Positions 9,494 to 18,405 of a DNA stretch of 64,000 nucleotides are shown here, in pieces. A model generated the notes under the pieces. That model was not told the origin of the DNA and ran no database searches. It saw nothing but the letters and a program-made list of their open reading frames with translations. Origin of the DNA: a virus; IMG/VR virus record IMGVR_UViG_3300047558_000077, positions 96,001 to 160,000 of that record; one strand, given 5' to 3'. Each line of letters begins with the position of its first letter. The stretch's first letter is position 1. The translations under genes and the position numbers were made by a program.

Positions 9494-9910
9494 ATGATGA
9501 CATGGACATACAACAACGAACCACTTACAGAAATACCACAAGGATACGAGGCTTTCGTATATCTGATTACGAACACGGTCACTGGTAGAAAGTATGTTGG
9601 GAAGAAACTATTCAAGTTTACTCGCACATCCAAGAAAAAGGGCAAGCGAGTAAAGAAACAAGTTGATTCTGATTGGATTGATTACTATGGATCAAACAAA
9701 GAACTCCTATCGCACGTTGATCTATTCGGTAAAGAAAAGTTCAAACGAGAAATCTTGTATCTATGTAAGAGCAAAGGCGAGGCTTCGTATATGGAAGCGA
9801 AAGAACAGTTCAATAGGGATGCTTTGATTTCCGAAGAATACTATAACGAATGGATTATGGTAAGAGTAAGGAAATCTCACATCAAAAAATCACTTGACAT
9901 TCCGAAATGA
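9494..9910 (+). CDS. GIY-YIG family endonuclease (Seg-like)
   Basis: FVYLITNTVTGRKYVGKK; YYGS; F.REIL; YYNEWI. Confidence 0.8.
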   Translation: MMTWTYNNEPLTEIPQGYEAFVYLITNTVTGRKYVGKKLFKFTRTSKKKGKRVKKQVDSDWIDYYGSNKELLSHVDLFGKEKFKREILYLCKSKGEASYMEAKEQFNRDALISEEYYNEWIMVRVRKSHIKKSLDIPK

Positions 9911-9923
9911 CTATGCTATAAAT
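9894..9923 (+). promoter_or_regulatory. Promoter upstream of glutaredoxin
   Basis: TTGACA-17 bp-TATAAA(T) with extended TG. Confidence 0.5.
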
Positions 9924-9929
9924 GAGGTT

Positions 9930-10166
9930 ATGATGGCAATTGTAATGTATTCCAAACAAGACTGTCCCTTCTGCGACAAGGCAAGGGAACTCCTGCGTTC
10001 ACAAGGAAAGTTTTTCATCGAATATAAACTTGACAGAGACTTTTCCAGAGAGACTTTAAAGGCACTATTTCCTACCGCAAAAACTTATCCCGTAATAACA
10101 CTTGACAGCCGCTATATTGGCGGCTATAATGAGTTATCAAAACTGCATGAGGAAGGGAAATTGTAA
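9930..10166 (+). CDS. Glutaredoxin
   Basis: CPFC active site; TYPVI; YIGGY. Confidence 0.9.
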   Translation: MMAIVMYSKQDCPFCDKARELLRSQGKFFIEYKLDRDFSRETLKALFPTAKTYPVITLDSRYIGGYNELSKLHEEGKL

Positions 10167-10408
10167 TGTGGATCTCAGAATTAGATTCCGCACAATTAGG
10201 AACTGTAAAAATCGGATCGTTTCATTCCAAGGATGAGGCCATAGAGGCGACCAACAAATGGTTAAATGAAACGAAAATTTCTGATGGCGAAGAAGAAGTT
10301 ACCATGGGTGAATGGATCAACGATAGTTGGACAGATGAAATTTTCATCTTCGAGGAAAATGATTATGAATGGGAATATGAAGATGAAGATGGAGAGGAAG
10401 ATGATTGA
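10166..10408 (+). CDS. Highly acidic hypothetical protein
   Basis: ORF track; D/E-rich tail. Confidence 0.45.
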   Translation: MWISELDSAQLGTVKIGSFHSKDEAIEATNKWLNETKISDGEEEVTMGEWINDSWTDEIFIFEENDYEWEYEDEDGEEDD

Positions 10409-10661
10409 CAAGTATGCTCTCAAGGAAGACCTAAAGAACGGTGTTGTTACCGTTGTCTTTGAAAAGAAGGACGGAACAGAACGCACCATGCGGGCTACTC
10501 TTTCCGATAACTATGTTCCACAGGTATTGTCAGAGTATGATGGACAGGTTGCTAAGCCTGCTCGCCAGCTAAATGATGATGTTCAGGCAGTATGGGATAT
10601 TGACGCTAATGGTTGGCGTTCATTCCGTATTGATTCTGTCAAACAACTATTGAAGGAGTGA
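10401..10661 (+). CDS. SH3/WYL_2-like beta-barrel protein conserved in T4-like phages
   Basis: V.FEKKDGTERTM.ATL...VWDID..GWRSFR. Confidence 0.75.
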   Translation: MIDKYALKEDLKNGVVTVVFEKKDGTERTMRATLSDNYVPQVLSEYDGQVAKPARQLNDDVQAVWDIDANGWRSFRIDSVKQLLKE

Positions 10662-10663
10662 TA

Positions 10664-10762
10664 ATGGCGCATCCGCATAAGAATAGACCTCGCAAGGGTC
10701 GTCGTAAGATTGGTTCTACAAAACGCAAGGCTCGTCGTCTCAAAGGAAGAAAGAAGAAGTAA
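10664..10762 (+). CDS. 32-aa extremely basic peptide (not in ORF track)
   Basis: MAHPHKNRPRKGRRKIGSTKRKARRLKGRKKK*; AAGGAG RBS; TAATG-coupled to next gene. Confidence 0.65.
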   Translation: MAHPHKNRPRKGRRKIGSTKRKARRLKGRKKK

Positions 10763-11022
10763 TGCCTATCAATCTACCAGAAGGAATCCACAAAATGAAG
10801 GGTCTAGACAAGGCCAAGATTATCAATGTGTCTGCTACGTCCGAAGGCATCAACTTTTATGATGGTCTGGCACTATTGCTTATTGGTCTAAAACTAACCG
10901 ATCATCTTCCAACTTGGACATGGATCGAGATCCTCGCTCCTCTTTGGGTGCCTTTCATGTTGTCTTGGTTTGTTCGCCTAGTAAAGGGAACTTTCTTTAC
11001 CGATGATGAGGATGAAGAATAA
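10762..11022 (+). CDS. Small membrane protein
   Basis: LLLIGLKLT..WTWIEILAPLW motif. Confidence 0.6.
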   Translation: MPINLPEGIHKMKGLDKAKIINVSATSEGINFYDGLALLLIGLKLTDHLPTWTWIEILAPLWVPFMLSWFVRLVKGTFFTDDEDEE

Positions 11023-11315
11023 TGTCTGCTGATAACGGCATCTATGTTTTGCTAACAGAAACAGAAAAAGGTCCAGAGTATCGTGTAGCCTATGCCCAGG
11101 CGATTGACAACATTTACGGAAAGTTCAACGAGGAACTATGCCGTTATGAAGGAGACATTCAACAGATCCGTTCCGTATTTGAGGACTCTCAAGTATTTCA
11201 TACACTTAACGAGGCACTTGACTTTGCTGAAGGTATGGAGTATGATTATGAATATCTTGAAGACGGAATATGTGTGATAAATGAGTTCAAAGACTACAGT
11301 CATATCTTTACCTGA
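11022..11315 (+). CDS. Conserved phage hypothetical protein
   Basis: MSADNGIYVL..EYRV..AQAIDN..YLEDGI pattern. Confidence 0.55.
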   Translation: MSADNGIYVLLTETEKGPEYRVAYAQAIDNIYGKFNEELCRYEGDIQQIRSVFEDSQVFHTLNEALDFAEGMEYDYEYLEDGICVINEFKDYSHIFT

Positions 11316-11322
11316 GAAAAAT

Positions 11323-11778
11323 ATGGCAAAGATTGTATTACACGGACATCCTAAAAAGATTACCAGACAAGAGTTAATACAATCTGCTGCCTTCTTTAGC
11401 GACCATCTGCTGAAAAAACTTAGCAAGAATGTTACGGTGGTCATCAAACTCAAAAACAATCTATATAAGACGACCAAATGTTTCGGTCTATGCACCTATA
11501 CAGACGACGACATTAGAACTTCTAATCATCGTGAGTTTGAGATAGAAATGGACTCGGACTTTGGTCGTCCTTTTATGTTGAGAACACTAGCACATGAACT
11601 TGTCCATGTTAAACAATACGCCCGAGGTCAACTCATTGAAATGTCCGGACCATATCAGAAATGGAACGGTGTAATGTTTAGTGAGAATAAGGTGCCTTAT
11701 AAGAAACTGCCTTGGGAGGTAGAAGCATTACAGTTAGAAAAAGAACTGTATGAGTTATGGAAGCAACATCGTGGCTAA
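11323..11778 (+). CDS. Zincin-like metallopeptidase
   Basis: TLAHELVHVKQY (HExxH); PWEVEA. Confidence 0.75.
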   Translation: MAKIVLHGHPKKITRQELIQSAAFFSDHLLKKLSKNVTVVIKLKNNLYKTTKCFGLCTYTDDDIRTSNHREFEIEMDSDFGRPFMLRTLAHELVHVKQYARGQLIEMSGPYQKWNGVMFSENKVPYKKLPWEVEALQLEKELYELWKQHRG

Positions 11779-12889
11779 TAAGGAGAAGAAAGTGAAAACG
11801 GCAACCGTTCGTCGTCCCAAGTTTGCTGATGAAAAGTATCTCGGTTCTGAGCCGACTGTGGATGAAAATGCCACAGAAATTGATATGGCCAAGGCATACA
11901 CCTGGTTCAACTATTTCTATAACTCGGAAGATGCCAAGACCTTCACAATCTCCTATCTCAAGCATATTAAATACAACAAAGACACTATCAAGAAACTCTC
12001 CAAAGTTAATGCTATCAATCTTCACAACATCGGTTGGAACTGCCGTTTGCTCTATAATGGCAGCACTCTACCTGATGGTGTGTGGGAGCGTTGCGACTCC
12101 AGAATTAAACAATTGGCTGATGCTATTACAATCGTCGATGACGAAGAAGTGGCAGCACCAGTCAAGGTCGTATCAATTCAGGATCGTATCAACAATAAGG
12201 CTGCCGAACTGATTGGCGAACTTGAAGAACAATTGGATGTGTTCTTTCAAGAAGGAGTTATTCAGTTTGACGTTAAGAAGTGGTCCCTTGAGAAGGGAAT
12301 TAAACCGCAAATTGCGAAGAGGATTGCGGACAAATTCCGTCCTCAATTTGCAGAAATCACCGAAGCCCTCGAAGGCAAAGACGCTGACTTGGTGGAAGCG
12401 TATAAGGGTTGGCGCAAGCCAGTTCTTAAAATCATGGCTCTATTCATCAAGCGTATAATCGACCATATGGTTGAACTGGACTCCGCTGGGCAGACAGTTC
12501 GCAAGCCACGCAAGAAGAAGGTAAAGCCTGCTTCGGTTCTGGTCGCCAAGATGAACTATTGTAAATCCGCAGATACTCTAACGAGTGTTGATCCGAAGGA
12601 GATTATCGGTGCTTCGCAACTTTGGGCATACAATCATAAAACTCGCAATCTTTCTGTGTATAATGCCGTGGGTCATTCTGGCCTTTCGGTCAGAGGGTCT
12701 ACGATTACAGGATTTGACGAGACAACTTCGGTTACAAAGAAACTCCGTAAACCAGAAGCAGTAATCAAGCCGCTGATGGAAGGTAGTAAGGTTTATCTTC
12801 GCAAGGTTATGGACAATCTCACAACGACCGAACAGAAAGCAACTGGTCGCATCAATGTGGACACAATACTACTGAGAGTGGTAAAATGA
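11771..12889 (+). CDS. Conserved T4-like myovirus hypothetical protein
   Basis: Long ORF; WFNYFY, IIGASQLW.YN, K.LRKP, GRIN..TILLR; exact start uncertain. Confidence 0.6.
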   Translation: MANKEKKVKTATVRRPKFADEKYLGSEPTVDENATEIDMAKAYTWFNYFYNSEDAKTFTISYLKHIKYNKDTIKKLSKVNAINLHNIGWNCRLLYNGSTLPDGVWERCDSRIKQLADAITIVDDEEVAAPVKVVSIQDRINNKAAELIGELEEQLDVFFQEGVIQFDVKKWSLEKGIKPQIAKRIADKFRPQFAEITEALEGKDADLVEAYKGWRKPVLKIMALFIKRIIDHMVELDSAGQTVRKPRKKKVKPASVLVAKMNYCKSADTLTSVDPKEIIGASQLWAYNHKTRNLSVYNAVGHSGLSVRGSTITGFDETTSVTKKLRKPEAVIKPLMEGSKVYLRKVMDNLTTTEQKATGRINVDTILLRVVK

Positions 12890-12987
12890 CCGTAGAAGCA
12901 TTCATGTGGGCGTGGATATACATGGGTTATGTAGTGGCAGCACTCTCGGTGTTGACACTACTACTCATTACAATTTATAAGGACTAA
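12886..12987 (+). CDS. 33-aa single-pass membrane peptide
   Basis: MTVEAFMWAWIYMGYVVAALSVLTLLLITIYKD*; ATGA overlap with upstream gene. Confidence 0.4.
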   Translation: MTVEAFMWAWIYMGYVVAALSVLTLLLITIYKD

Positions 12988-12989
12988 CA

Positions 12990-13391
12990 ATGGCTAATAA
13001 AGTAATCGAGTTCCCCAAGAGTAAGGTTGTTCGTGAAATTCCAGAAGAAGTTCATATAGAACGACAAGCCAAAGCAGACATGAAACAAGCCGATGTTATC
13101 GTGGACGAAGTTGCTGGTCTAATGATCACCGAACTTGATAACTACTTTGTCGATGTTACATCCAAACAGTTTAGTAAAGATATTATTCTGGTTGTGGATG
13201 CTCTAAAGGCTGCCGTGTATAGATCATACGGAATCGACCATCATCTTCATCCGTTCATTGACGATAATGTGAAACTGATTGAAGGCGATATCAACGGAAT
13301 GTCAAAAGAAGAAATCAAGGAAAAGATCGAAAAGATCATGCTGGAACTTTCCGAAGCGAAAGAAAAGATTGACAGCGAAGAAGAAGAGTGA
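12990..13391 (+). CDS. Hypothetical protein
   Basis: NKVIEFP N-terminus; AAGGA RBS. Confidence 0.55.
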   Translation: MANKVIEFPKSKVVREIPEEVHIERQAKADMKQADVIVDEVAGLMITELDNYFVDVTSKQFSKDIILVVDALKAAVYRSYGIDHHLHPFIDDNVKLIEGDINGMSKEEIKEKIEKIMLELSEAKEKIDSEEEE

Positions 13392-13397
13392 TATACT
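13369..13397 (+). promoter_or_regulatory. Sigma70-type promoter for rnh
   Basis: TTGACA-17 bp-TATACT. Confidence 0.65.
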
Positions 13398-13423
13398 TTC
13401 TATTCACTCAATAAGGAAATATT

Positions 13424-14284
13424 ATGTCTTACATGCTGATTGACCTCAACCAGGTTCTAATCTCTAATCTGATGCAACACCTAAAGTTTGTATCAAAGCA
13501 GCACGAAATGAGTGAAGACCTTATTCGTCATATGTGCATCAATACAATCCGATCTAACGTAAAGCAGTTTCGTTCCAAATATCAGAACGTTATTCTTTGC
13601 TGCGACTCGAAGCATTATTGGCGGCGTGATTACTTTGCGTTTTACAAGTCGCATCGTAAGCATGATCGTGAGGCATCTGGTCTTGATTGGGATATGATCT
13701 TCACTGTCCTAAATGGTCTTCGTGATGAGTTGCGTGATAACTTTCCGTATAAGACACTAAATGTGGAAGGCGCAGAAGCCGACGATGTTATTGCTGTGCT
13801 AACTGCTAGACTGGCTCCACATGCTCCTGTTCTTATTCTATCGTCAGATAAAGACTTTGGTCAGTTGCAGAAGTATCCAAACGTTACACAGTATTCACCT
13901 ATTCTAAAGCGGTTTATCAAGATTGATGATCCGAAGACTTTCGTTCGGGAGCATATCATCAAGGGTGATCGTGGCGATGGCATTCCAAACTTTCTTACAA
14001 ATGACAATGCTCTTGCTGTTGGCGAACGACAGAAGCCTATCAGTAGCAAGAAACTGACCGAATGGGTTCACAAAGATGCCTCCGAGTTTTGCACTACGGA
14101 TTGGATGCTTCGTTGTTATAAGCGCAATCAGACTCTTATTGATTTTGACTATATACCTAACGAGATCCAGTCTAAAATCGTTGATGCATTTGAAGAGACA
14201 AAACCCGCAGACAAACAGAAAATGCTGAACTACTTTATCAACAAAGGACTCAAGGCGATGATTGAGTCTATTCATGATTTTTGA
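13424..14284 (+). CDS. rnh: T4-type RNase H / 5'-3' exonuclease
   Basis: LIDLNQ, YWRR..YK..R, EADDVI, SSDKDF.QL, KGDRGDGIPN. Confidence 0.92.
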   Translation: MSYMLIDLNQVLISNLMQHLKFVSKQHEMSEDLIRHMCINTIRSNVKQFRSKYQNVILCCDSKHYWRRDYFAFYKSHRKHDREASGLDWDMIFTVLNGLRDELRDNFPYKTLNVEGAEADDVIAVLTARLAPHAPVLILSSDKDFGQLQKYPNVTQYSPILKRFIKIDDPKTFVREHIIKGDRGDGIPNFLTNDNALAVGERQKPISSKKLTEWVHKDASEFCTTDWMLRCYKRNQTLIDFDYIPNEIQSKIVDAFEETKPADKQKMLNYFINKGLKAMIESIHDF

Positions 14285-14291
14285 GGATAAC

Positions 14292-14729
14292 ATGACAAAT
14301 AAAAACATATATGAAGTTTTCAATGAGTTTAAAAATGCCAAGACAAAACAAGATCGCTTAGAGGTTCTAAGACGTAACAACAACTACGCTTTAAAAAATG
14401 TTTTGTTAGGTGCATTCAATAACAATATCAAATTCACTGTTAATAAAGTTCCTGACTACAAAAAGATAGATGTGCCGCCAGGCATGTCATACTCACACAT
14501 GACCGAGGCATTATCAAAGGTATACCTTTTTGTGGAGGGTAATGCAAAACGACCACAAGGTCTGACAGAAAAAAGAGCAACAGAACTTCTGATACAGTTG
14601 TTGGAATCTCTTGAACCAAATGAAGCAGAAGTTTTTGCCAACATGATTCAAAAAGATTTAAAAATACCATATCTAACAGTCAATCTAATCAATGAAGCAT
14701 TCCCTGGCCTGTTGCCGGATAAGGAGTAA
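14292..14729 (+). CDS. Conserved T4-like hypothetical protein (DUF6433-like)
   Basis: IYEVF...QLLESL.P.EAE...AFPGLL pattern; lies downstream of rnh. Confidence 0.55.
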   Translation: MTNKNIYEVFNEFKNAKTKQDRLEVLRRNNNYALKNVLLGAFNNNIKFTVNKVPDYKKIDVPPGMSYSHMTEALSKVYLFVEGNAKRPQGLTEKRATELLIQLLESLEPNEAEVFANMIQKDLKIPYLTVNLINEAFPGLLPDKE

Positions 14730-14744
14730 TCAAGGCTTAATACC

Positions 14745-14942
14745 ATGAAGAACAAATCACCAAGTTTGAAACACGATCCTTTATATGCCGAATTATTCGA
14801 AGAAGATAGAAAGTATGGTGGCAAACGTTTGGAACTTCCTCAAACCGACTTAAAAAAGAAACGTCCCATCCAAAATCTAAGGAAAGCATGGATGGAGCAC
14901 GAGGAAGACTTCGACGAGGTTGATGACTTTTACGAACATTGA
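14745..14942 (+). CDS. Hypothetical protein
   Basis: ORF track. Confidence 0.4.
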   Translation: MKNKSPSLKHDPLYAELFEEDRKYGGKRLELPQTDLKKKRPIQNLRKAWMEHEEDFDEVDDFYEH

Positions 14943-14960
14943 TTGTAAACAGGATAGTGC

Positions 14961-14988
14961 TTGACATTCCTTAAATTTCGAGTAGGAT
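14961..14988 (+). promoter_or_regulatory. Promoter for DUF262-HNH gene, overlapped by a long palindrome (14984-15029)
   Basis: TTGACA-16 bp-TAGGAT; upstream TGTAAACA box. Confidence 0.5.
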
Positions 14989-15048
14989 AGGTACCATGCT
15001 GATCAATAGTGACAGCAGGTATCTATCCTTAACAGAAGGAATTATAGA

Positions 15049-16419
15049 ATGTCTAATTGGAAATATGTCACCCGCACAGTTCAGGAATTTGTCAACGAGG
15101 CTCAACGTGATAACTGGAATGTTGATCCTGAGTGGCAGCGCCTTGACACAAATTTAAACCTTAATGCTAAAGGCTCGAAGCCCTCTAAGGCACAGAGCAT
15201 CATTGCTTCCATGTTTAATGGCCAAGATATTGGTGAAATTAAACTTTGTGACTATGAAGGTGTTAAGTCCTCAATTGATGGTGGTAATCGTAAGAGAGCC
15301 ATTCTAAATTTTTATAATAACAAGTTTGCCCTTCCCAAGGGTAGCAAGTATGCAGGCCTAAAGTATAAAGACCTTAGCGAAGATGCGAAAGAACTCTTCC
15401 TTAGCTATGTGATCCGTTTCATCGAATACGGTGAAATCACTACACAAGAAATTGGTGAAACTTTCCGTAACACCAACAATACAACTCCCGTCAATAAGCA
15501 GGAAATGCGTAACAGCGAAGGACAGAATCCAGTTGCGGTTCTCGTTCGTCGTACCACACGCAAGATTGATGAGGTTGGTAATATCCCTCACATCCTCTTT
15601 GATTGGAGAATTAACGCAAAGGGTGATGCGGAATATACTTATCTTACCTTCAATAACAAAGGCCTGCATCTGGATGAACAGACGGCTCGTTTGCTTTGCC
15701 GTGTTTTACAGGGTGAAAAGTCCATTGCCGTGAGCGATGACGACCTTGATAAAATGTATGCAGATTATGAGGCGTTTTTGACCGATGAGGAAAACCTCAA
15801 GAAGGCTAAGAAGAAGTTGTATGAAGTATTGGACTTTATTGTCAATATTGCCGATACAGCTAGAAAGTATAAGAATGGTCGTGGTCTTGCCCATAAGCAG
15901 TATGAAATGCTGGTTCGCCTGTATTTCTACCTTAAAGAACACCACAAGTCCTTTAAGGTTACCGATGCTAGTGAATTTTGGGTTGCGTTCACTACCGCTA
16001 TGGACTCGGTTCTTTCGTGTGACGATATCACATTTAAGGAGCGTAGCGGTAAGACTCGTGTCGTTGCAGAAGCCTTCGGTCAGTATCTTAAAAGCGACTT
16101 GAACGACCAGTGGAAGTATGATAAGTCCCTCGAACTCTTCCTGAATGAGTTTAATCTTGATAACTGCGGTCTAAAGTTGCTTGATCCTAAGCGTTGCTTT
16201 AGCCGTGATGAAATCGAGAGTGCCTTGATCAAGCAAGGTTACAAGGACTTTATTGATGGTAAGAAACTGACCATGAAAGATGCGGTTGGTGCCCATGTTA
16301 TTGCACATTCTAATGGTGGTAAGACGGAGACCGACAATCTAGTGGTCGTTTCTAAGGCTCATAACACGGCGATGGGTACCATGCCCGTTGATGTTTACAA
16401 AGCCTCTCTCGGGTATTGA
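15049..16419 (+). CDS. DUF262 (ParB/Srx-like) plus C-terminal HNH nuclease, GmrSD-like
   Basis: PEWQR, IDGGNR (DGQQR-like), F...NN.TP in N-terminus; AHVIAHSNGGKT..DNL...HN in C-terminus. Confidence 0.72.
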   Translation: MSNWKYVTRTVQEFVNEAQRDNWNVDPEWQRLDTNLNLNAKGSKPSKAQSIIASMFNGQDIGEIKLCDYEGVKSSIDGGNRKRAILNFYNNKFALPKGSKYAGLKYKDLSEDAKELFLSYVIRFIEYGEITTQEIGETFRNTNNTTPVNKQEMRNSEGQNPVAVLVRRTTRKIDEVGNIPHILFDWRINAKGDAEYTYLTFNNKGLHLDEQTARLLCRVLQGEKSIAVSDDDLDKMYADYEAFLTDEENLKKAKKKLYEVLDFIVNIADTARKYKNGRGLAHKQYEMLVRLYFYLKEHHKSFKVTDASEFWVAFTTAMDSVLSCDDITFKERSGKTRVVAEAFGQYLKSDLNDQWKYDKSLELFLNEFNLDNCGLKLLDPKRCFSRDEIESALIKQGYKDFIDGKKLTMKDAVGAHVIAHSNGGKTETDNLVVVSKAHNTAMGTMPVDVYKASLGY

Positions 16420-16438
16420 TCTAAGTCAAAGGTAACTT

Positions 16439-16543
16439 AGGTATGTCAACAGTCTACCTAAAACGTAGACTTAGGGTGCGTCACCCTGTCGCACCTGTTG
16501 ACATACCTTTTTTATTGACTCTTCCGTTCCGCCGTGCTATATT
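16439..16543 (+). promoter_or_regulatory. Composite early promoter module, copy 1
   Basis: 14-bp inverted repeat AGGTATGTCAACAG/CTGTTGACATACCT enclosing AGTCTAC-N7-GTAGACT and TGCGTCA-CCC-TGTCGCA; then TTGACT-17-TATATT; ATG at the expected start site (leaderless). Confidence 0.8.
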
Positions 16544-16549
16544 AAGTCC

Positions 16550-16870
16550 ATGATCACGAAACGCAAGAAGCGGTCCGACCGCAATCACATAATCTACAGC
16601 TTGACTGTAAAGGGTCAGGAATATATCGGTGTTACCCATGTCGAAAACGGCAAGGTTAACAAGTCTTTGGACCGTCGCTGGCGCAAGCATGTCGGTCGTG
16701 CGATGACCGAAGGTAAACTGTGGAAATTGTGCGTGGCTATTCGTAAGCATGGACCTGACAATTTCACTGTCGGCGTTCTGGAAATTGTGCGTGGTAAGTC
16801 TGCGGCTCATATACGTGAGCGGGAACTTATCCGTGAACGTAAGCCTAAACTTAACTCGGATGTGCGCTAA
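16550..16870 (+). CDS. Stand-alone GIY-YIG domain protein
   Basis: IIYSL...EYIGVT...RWRKH...AIRKHG..F...E..LI...LN. Confidence 0.7.
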   Translation: MITKRKKRSDRNHIIYSLTVKGQEYIGVTHVENGKVNKSLDRRWRKHVGRAMTEGKLWKLCVAIRKHGPDNFTVGVLEIVRGKSAAHIRERELIRERKPKLNSDVR

Positions 16871-17109
16871 TGTCTACAACCTTCAATGATCTTATTGGTA
16901 TGCATGACCTTGACCAGAAGGTGATTGTAAAAAAGGCCTTAGAGAGCCTTACGCCCAGAATGCAATTTGTCGTCATTCGTCGGTTTTTTCAGAACCAGAC
17001 CTTGTCGTCAATCGCTGAGGAAATTGGTCTATCTGAGGCTAGACTATATCAAATTGAACGCAAAGCCCTATGCAGCCTAAAGCGTGGCTTTAGGCGAAAC
17101 AAAATCTGA
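16870..17109 (+). CDS. Sigma-70 region 4-like HTH protein (no region 2)
   Basis: ALESLTPRMQFVV.RRF...TLSSIAEEIGLSEARLYQIERKAL..LK. Confidence 0.8.
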   Translation: MSTTFNDLIGMHDLDQKVIVKKALESLTPRMQFVVIRRFFQNQTLSSIAEEIGLSEARLYQIERKALCSLKRGFRRNKI

Positions 17110-17111
17110 GG

Positions 17112-17168
17112 TGCGACAACCTGTCGCATATGTTTACAGTTGACTCTTCCATTCCGCTGTGCTAATAT
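17112..17168 (+). promoter_or_regulatory. Composite early promoter module, copy 2 (short)
   Basis: TGCGACA-ACC-TGTCGCA, TGTTTACA, TTGACT-CTTCCATTCCGCTGTGC-TAATAT. Confidence 0.8.
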
Positions 17169-17195
17169 ATTCCCATAATGATGAAAGGAACAAAT

Positions 17196-17366
17196 ATGTC
17201 TAACGCTCGCTTCGCTCCCAAGAACCCCAACGGCAAAGATACTGCTAACATTTTTGCGCTTATTCGCTGGCACGAAAATGGTGGTAAAATCACCAAAGTG
17301 AAATCGTCCAAGCGTCCGAAGCGTGGTTATACTGTCGGTAAATCTGTCAAAACGGGAGATAAGTGA
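17196..17366 (+). CDS. Small basic early protein
   Basis: GAAAGGA RBS; NGGKITKV motif. Confidence 0.55.
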   Translation: MSNARFAPKNPNGKDTANIFALIRWHENGGKITKVKSSKRPKRGYTVGKSVKTGDK

Positions 17367-17566
17367 TGGAAGTTTTCGTCCTGATGAGCCATATCCTCTA
17401 TGAATGCGACGAGTTGCTGGGCGTCTACCACAATGAATCGGACGCCGAGTTTGCCCGTGATGAATATAAACGAGAAAACGAAGATCATATGTTCGATCAA
17501 TTTAGCATTGAACGCCGTGTAATCGGTGCTGCGGCTCGGGCAGATTGGGAGACAGATAATGTCTGA
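17363..17566 (+). CDS. Small acidic early protein
   Basis: VFVL...ELLGVY...A pattern. Confidence 0.55.
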   Translation: MMEVFVLMSHILYECDELLGVYHNESDAEFARDEYKRENEDHMFDQFSIERRVIGAAARADWETDNV

Positions 17567-17626
17567 TATCGTTCTGTTTATTGTGCTATTCGGTATGCCT
17601 ATATCCCTGGGCCTTATTGCTATTCT

Positions 17627-17763
17627 CTCGGAGGACTAATATGACAGAACAGGAAATCACCAAGCACAATAACCGCAATTCTGAACATCAGCTTATTTGG
17701 CATGGTGTTTGCGTTTGGATCTATTCTGAATATCTGAATGGATAACTCGGAGGACTAATATGA
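17627..17763 (+). repeat. 18-bp direct repeat of RBS/start cassette flanking a 34-aa ORF
   Basis: CTCGGAGGACTAATATGA at 17627-17644 and 17746-17763. Confidence 0.75.
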
Positions 17764-17945
17764 TTGATCGTGATGCCTTAATAGCCGCAATATATGATCG
17801 TTATCTTGTTATAGGTAACTATTGGTGGTGTATTGATGATGTGCCCGACTTTTTAGATGATGTTATGTCCGATGGTCACTATGATAATATATCTTTTGAT
17901 CAGATAGTTGTCATGGTTTCCGATTATATGTATGATTGCGACTAA
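17760..17945 (+). CDS. Small acidic early protein
   Basis: ORF track; GGAGG RBS. Confidence 0.5.
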   Translation: MIDRDALIAAIYDRYLVIGNYWWCIDDVPDFLDDVMSDGHYDNISFDQIVVMVSDYMYDCD

Positions 17946-18059
17946 GGAGAATGAAATGATCGATAATTCTAAAACGGTTCAGTTTGTGGCACTAACGGTA
18001 ATGTCACTAGCATTGGTGTTCGGTGTTTATCTGATTTATCTTCTGGATGGAGGCATCTA

Positions 18060-18251
18060 ATGGAGTTTACTCTCTTCAAGGCTCTAATGATTATTATGTT
18101 TATTCTCACGGCTGTTGGCATGGCATATAATGCTAAAATCATGAATGATTGTATTGATAGTGGCAGTCCAAAAAGCCAGGCGTGTTTCAAGTATAATGTA
18201 ATCAATAACAACATGCATAATCTCAACCTGAACGTAGATAATGGAGAATGA
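18060..18251 (+). CDS. Small membrane/exported protein
   Basis: Hydrophobic N-terminus; GGAGG RBS; Cys pair. Confidence 0.5.
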   Translation: MEFTLFKALMIIMFILTAVGMAYNAKIMNDCIDSGSPKSQACFKYNVINNNMHNLNLNVDNGE

Positions 18252-18405
18252 AAATGGCTAATGTGAAGACCTATAACCTTTCTATTCATCTGAAAGGTAA
18301 TCGCACTCTCACTTTTCGTGGCATTTCTCGTGTAGCGGTTGAACGATATCGCAAGCACTATGAAATCCAAATGGACTATATTTCCGCATCGGTGGAGAAT
18401 CGTTA

